Of a stretch of DNA of 64,000 nucleotides, positions 63,173 through 64,000 are shown in pieces. The first letter of the stretch is position 1. Every line of letters starts with the position of its first letter. Under the pieces are notes generated by a model that made no database searches, was not told where the DNA came from, and saw only the letters and a list, made by a program, of their open reading frames with translations. Both the position numbers and the translations under genes were made by a program. This stretch comes from a virus (lineage: Duplodnaviria > Caudoviricetes). The stretch lies in the IMG/VR virus record IMGVR_UViG_3300044253_000005, positions 4,568 to 68,567 of that record; one strand, 5' to 3'.

Positions 63173-63499
63173 TCAGTCCTCGCGGATCGGGTTGAAGGCG
63201 ATCTGGAAGTCCTCGCCCGACACGCTGGAGAAGCCGCGCTTGCCCTTGCCGCGCCAGCGGAAGTAGTGGACCGTCGTGCCGAGGGCCCATTCCCAGCCGA
63301 CGATCACGGCGACACCCTGTAGACGGTCGCCTCGTCGGTAGGCGAGGTCAGTCGTGCCGTACCCGATGACCGGGCTGTTGGCGACGTAGACGGCACCGTC
63401 GATTTCGATGACCTCCGGGTTGTGTGGGAACGCTTCGACCTGCTCCTCGAAGCTGCTCCCGTCCTTGTTGGTCAACACTGCGGTCTGTGTCTCGTTCAT
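63173..63499 (-). CDS. Hypothetical protein
   Basis: ATGA overlap with the lysozyme stop. Confidence 0.5.
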   Translation of the reverse strand: MNETQTAVLTNKDGSSFEEQVEAFPHNPEVIEIDGAVYVANSPVIGYGTTDLAYRRGDRLQGVAVIVGWEWALGTTVHYFRWRGKGKRGFSSVSGEDFQIAFNPIRED

Positions 63500-64000
63500 C
63501 GGATGCCCAGCTTTCGTAGGTAGGCGATGTCGCGGCTGACCTTGCCGTGGTGGCGCCGCTCAGTCGTACAGAAGTGCCGGTGAGCCCGCGAGAAGCCGCG
63601 GTAGCCGTGCAGGCAATGGCTCCTGGCGAGGTTCCGATCGAGCGCTTTGCGCTTGCGGTAGTCGACGTGCAGTCGGGCCGTCCGTTCGCGCTTGACGCGG
63701 GCGCGGTGCTGCGCCGGCGTTTCTTCGTGAGCCGGCTTGAGGAACAGCGCAACCTCGGCGTGACGCCGGCGCGAGAGGCCCGCCAGAACCACGCCGCCGG
63801 CGTGGTCGTAGGCGAGCAGCGGGAAGGGGTTGTGGCGCTGGATCGCAGAGCGCAGCGAGCCGGTGAAGATCCCGGCGCCGAGGTTCCACGTGAAGGAGAA
63901 CAGCGCGTCGACCTGGTTCTGGTTGAAGCTGACGCCGAGGCCCTTGATCGCCCAGCCGTAGAAGCGTTCGGCGCGGAAGGTCAGATTGCGCTGGCCGAAA
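63496..64000 (-). CDS. Endolysin, GH24 phage lysozyme (5' end outside the window) with a basic C-terminal tail
   Basis: Manual translation: NQNQVDALFSFTWNLGAG...AGGVVLAGLSRRRHAEVALFL. Confidence 0.88.
   Translation of the reverse strand, partial: FGQRNLTFRAERFYGWAIKGLGVSFNQNQVDALFSFTWNLGAGIFTGSLRSAIQRHNPFPLLAYDHAGGVVLAGLSRRRHAEVALFLKPAHEETPAQHRARVKRERTARLHVDYRKRKALDRNLARSHCLHGYRGFSRAHRHFCTTERRHHGKVSRDIAYLRKLGIR

Noticed and set aside
1-64000. CRISPR array, DGR/reverse transcriptase, integrase or transposase
   Set aside because: I found no regularly spaced repeats, RT motifs or recombinase catalytic motifs by eye

Overview
The whole window (high GC by eye) looks like part of a >64 kb tailed dsDNA phage genome with siphovirus-type morphogenesis genes. 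No host genes, integrase or att site are visible. The RepA-like initiator, TANNNT leaderless promoters and several small-protein families suggest an actinobacterial-type host (inference). Most genes are on the minus strand. Reading from 64000 downward: GH24 lysozyme, NlpC/P60 peptidase, ParB-like protein, prohead protease/scaffold, decoration protein, major capsid, head-tail adaptor, a cluster of five glycosyltransferases plus an epimerase ending in an acidic HU, neck and tail genes (with a GGGAAAC -1 frameshift chaperone and a 2107-aa tape measure carrying two wall-hydrolase domains), holin-like genes, a plus-strand replication module, a long accessory region (SSAP, C5 methyltransferase, Toprim, HD protein, papain-like protease, many Cys-rich ORFs), terminase small and large subunits, an RNA locus, GroES, portal and baseplate-type genes. 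The most notable signals are: (1) a 100-nt circularly permuted tRNA-like RNA with YrlA/Y-RNA-type topology, directly behind a tRNA-Glu(UUC) that has an extra UUCG hairpin in its D-loop; (2) a GroES fused to a segment resembling a capsid A-domain; (3) an HU with an acidic DNA-binding arm; (4) [LF]RE[SA] motifs concentrated in head proteins, probably prohead-protease cleavage sites; (5) two poly-G tracts, one of which puts a gene out of frame. All functional calls come from motif recognition by eye; no searches were run.
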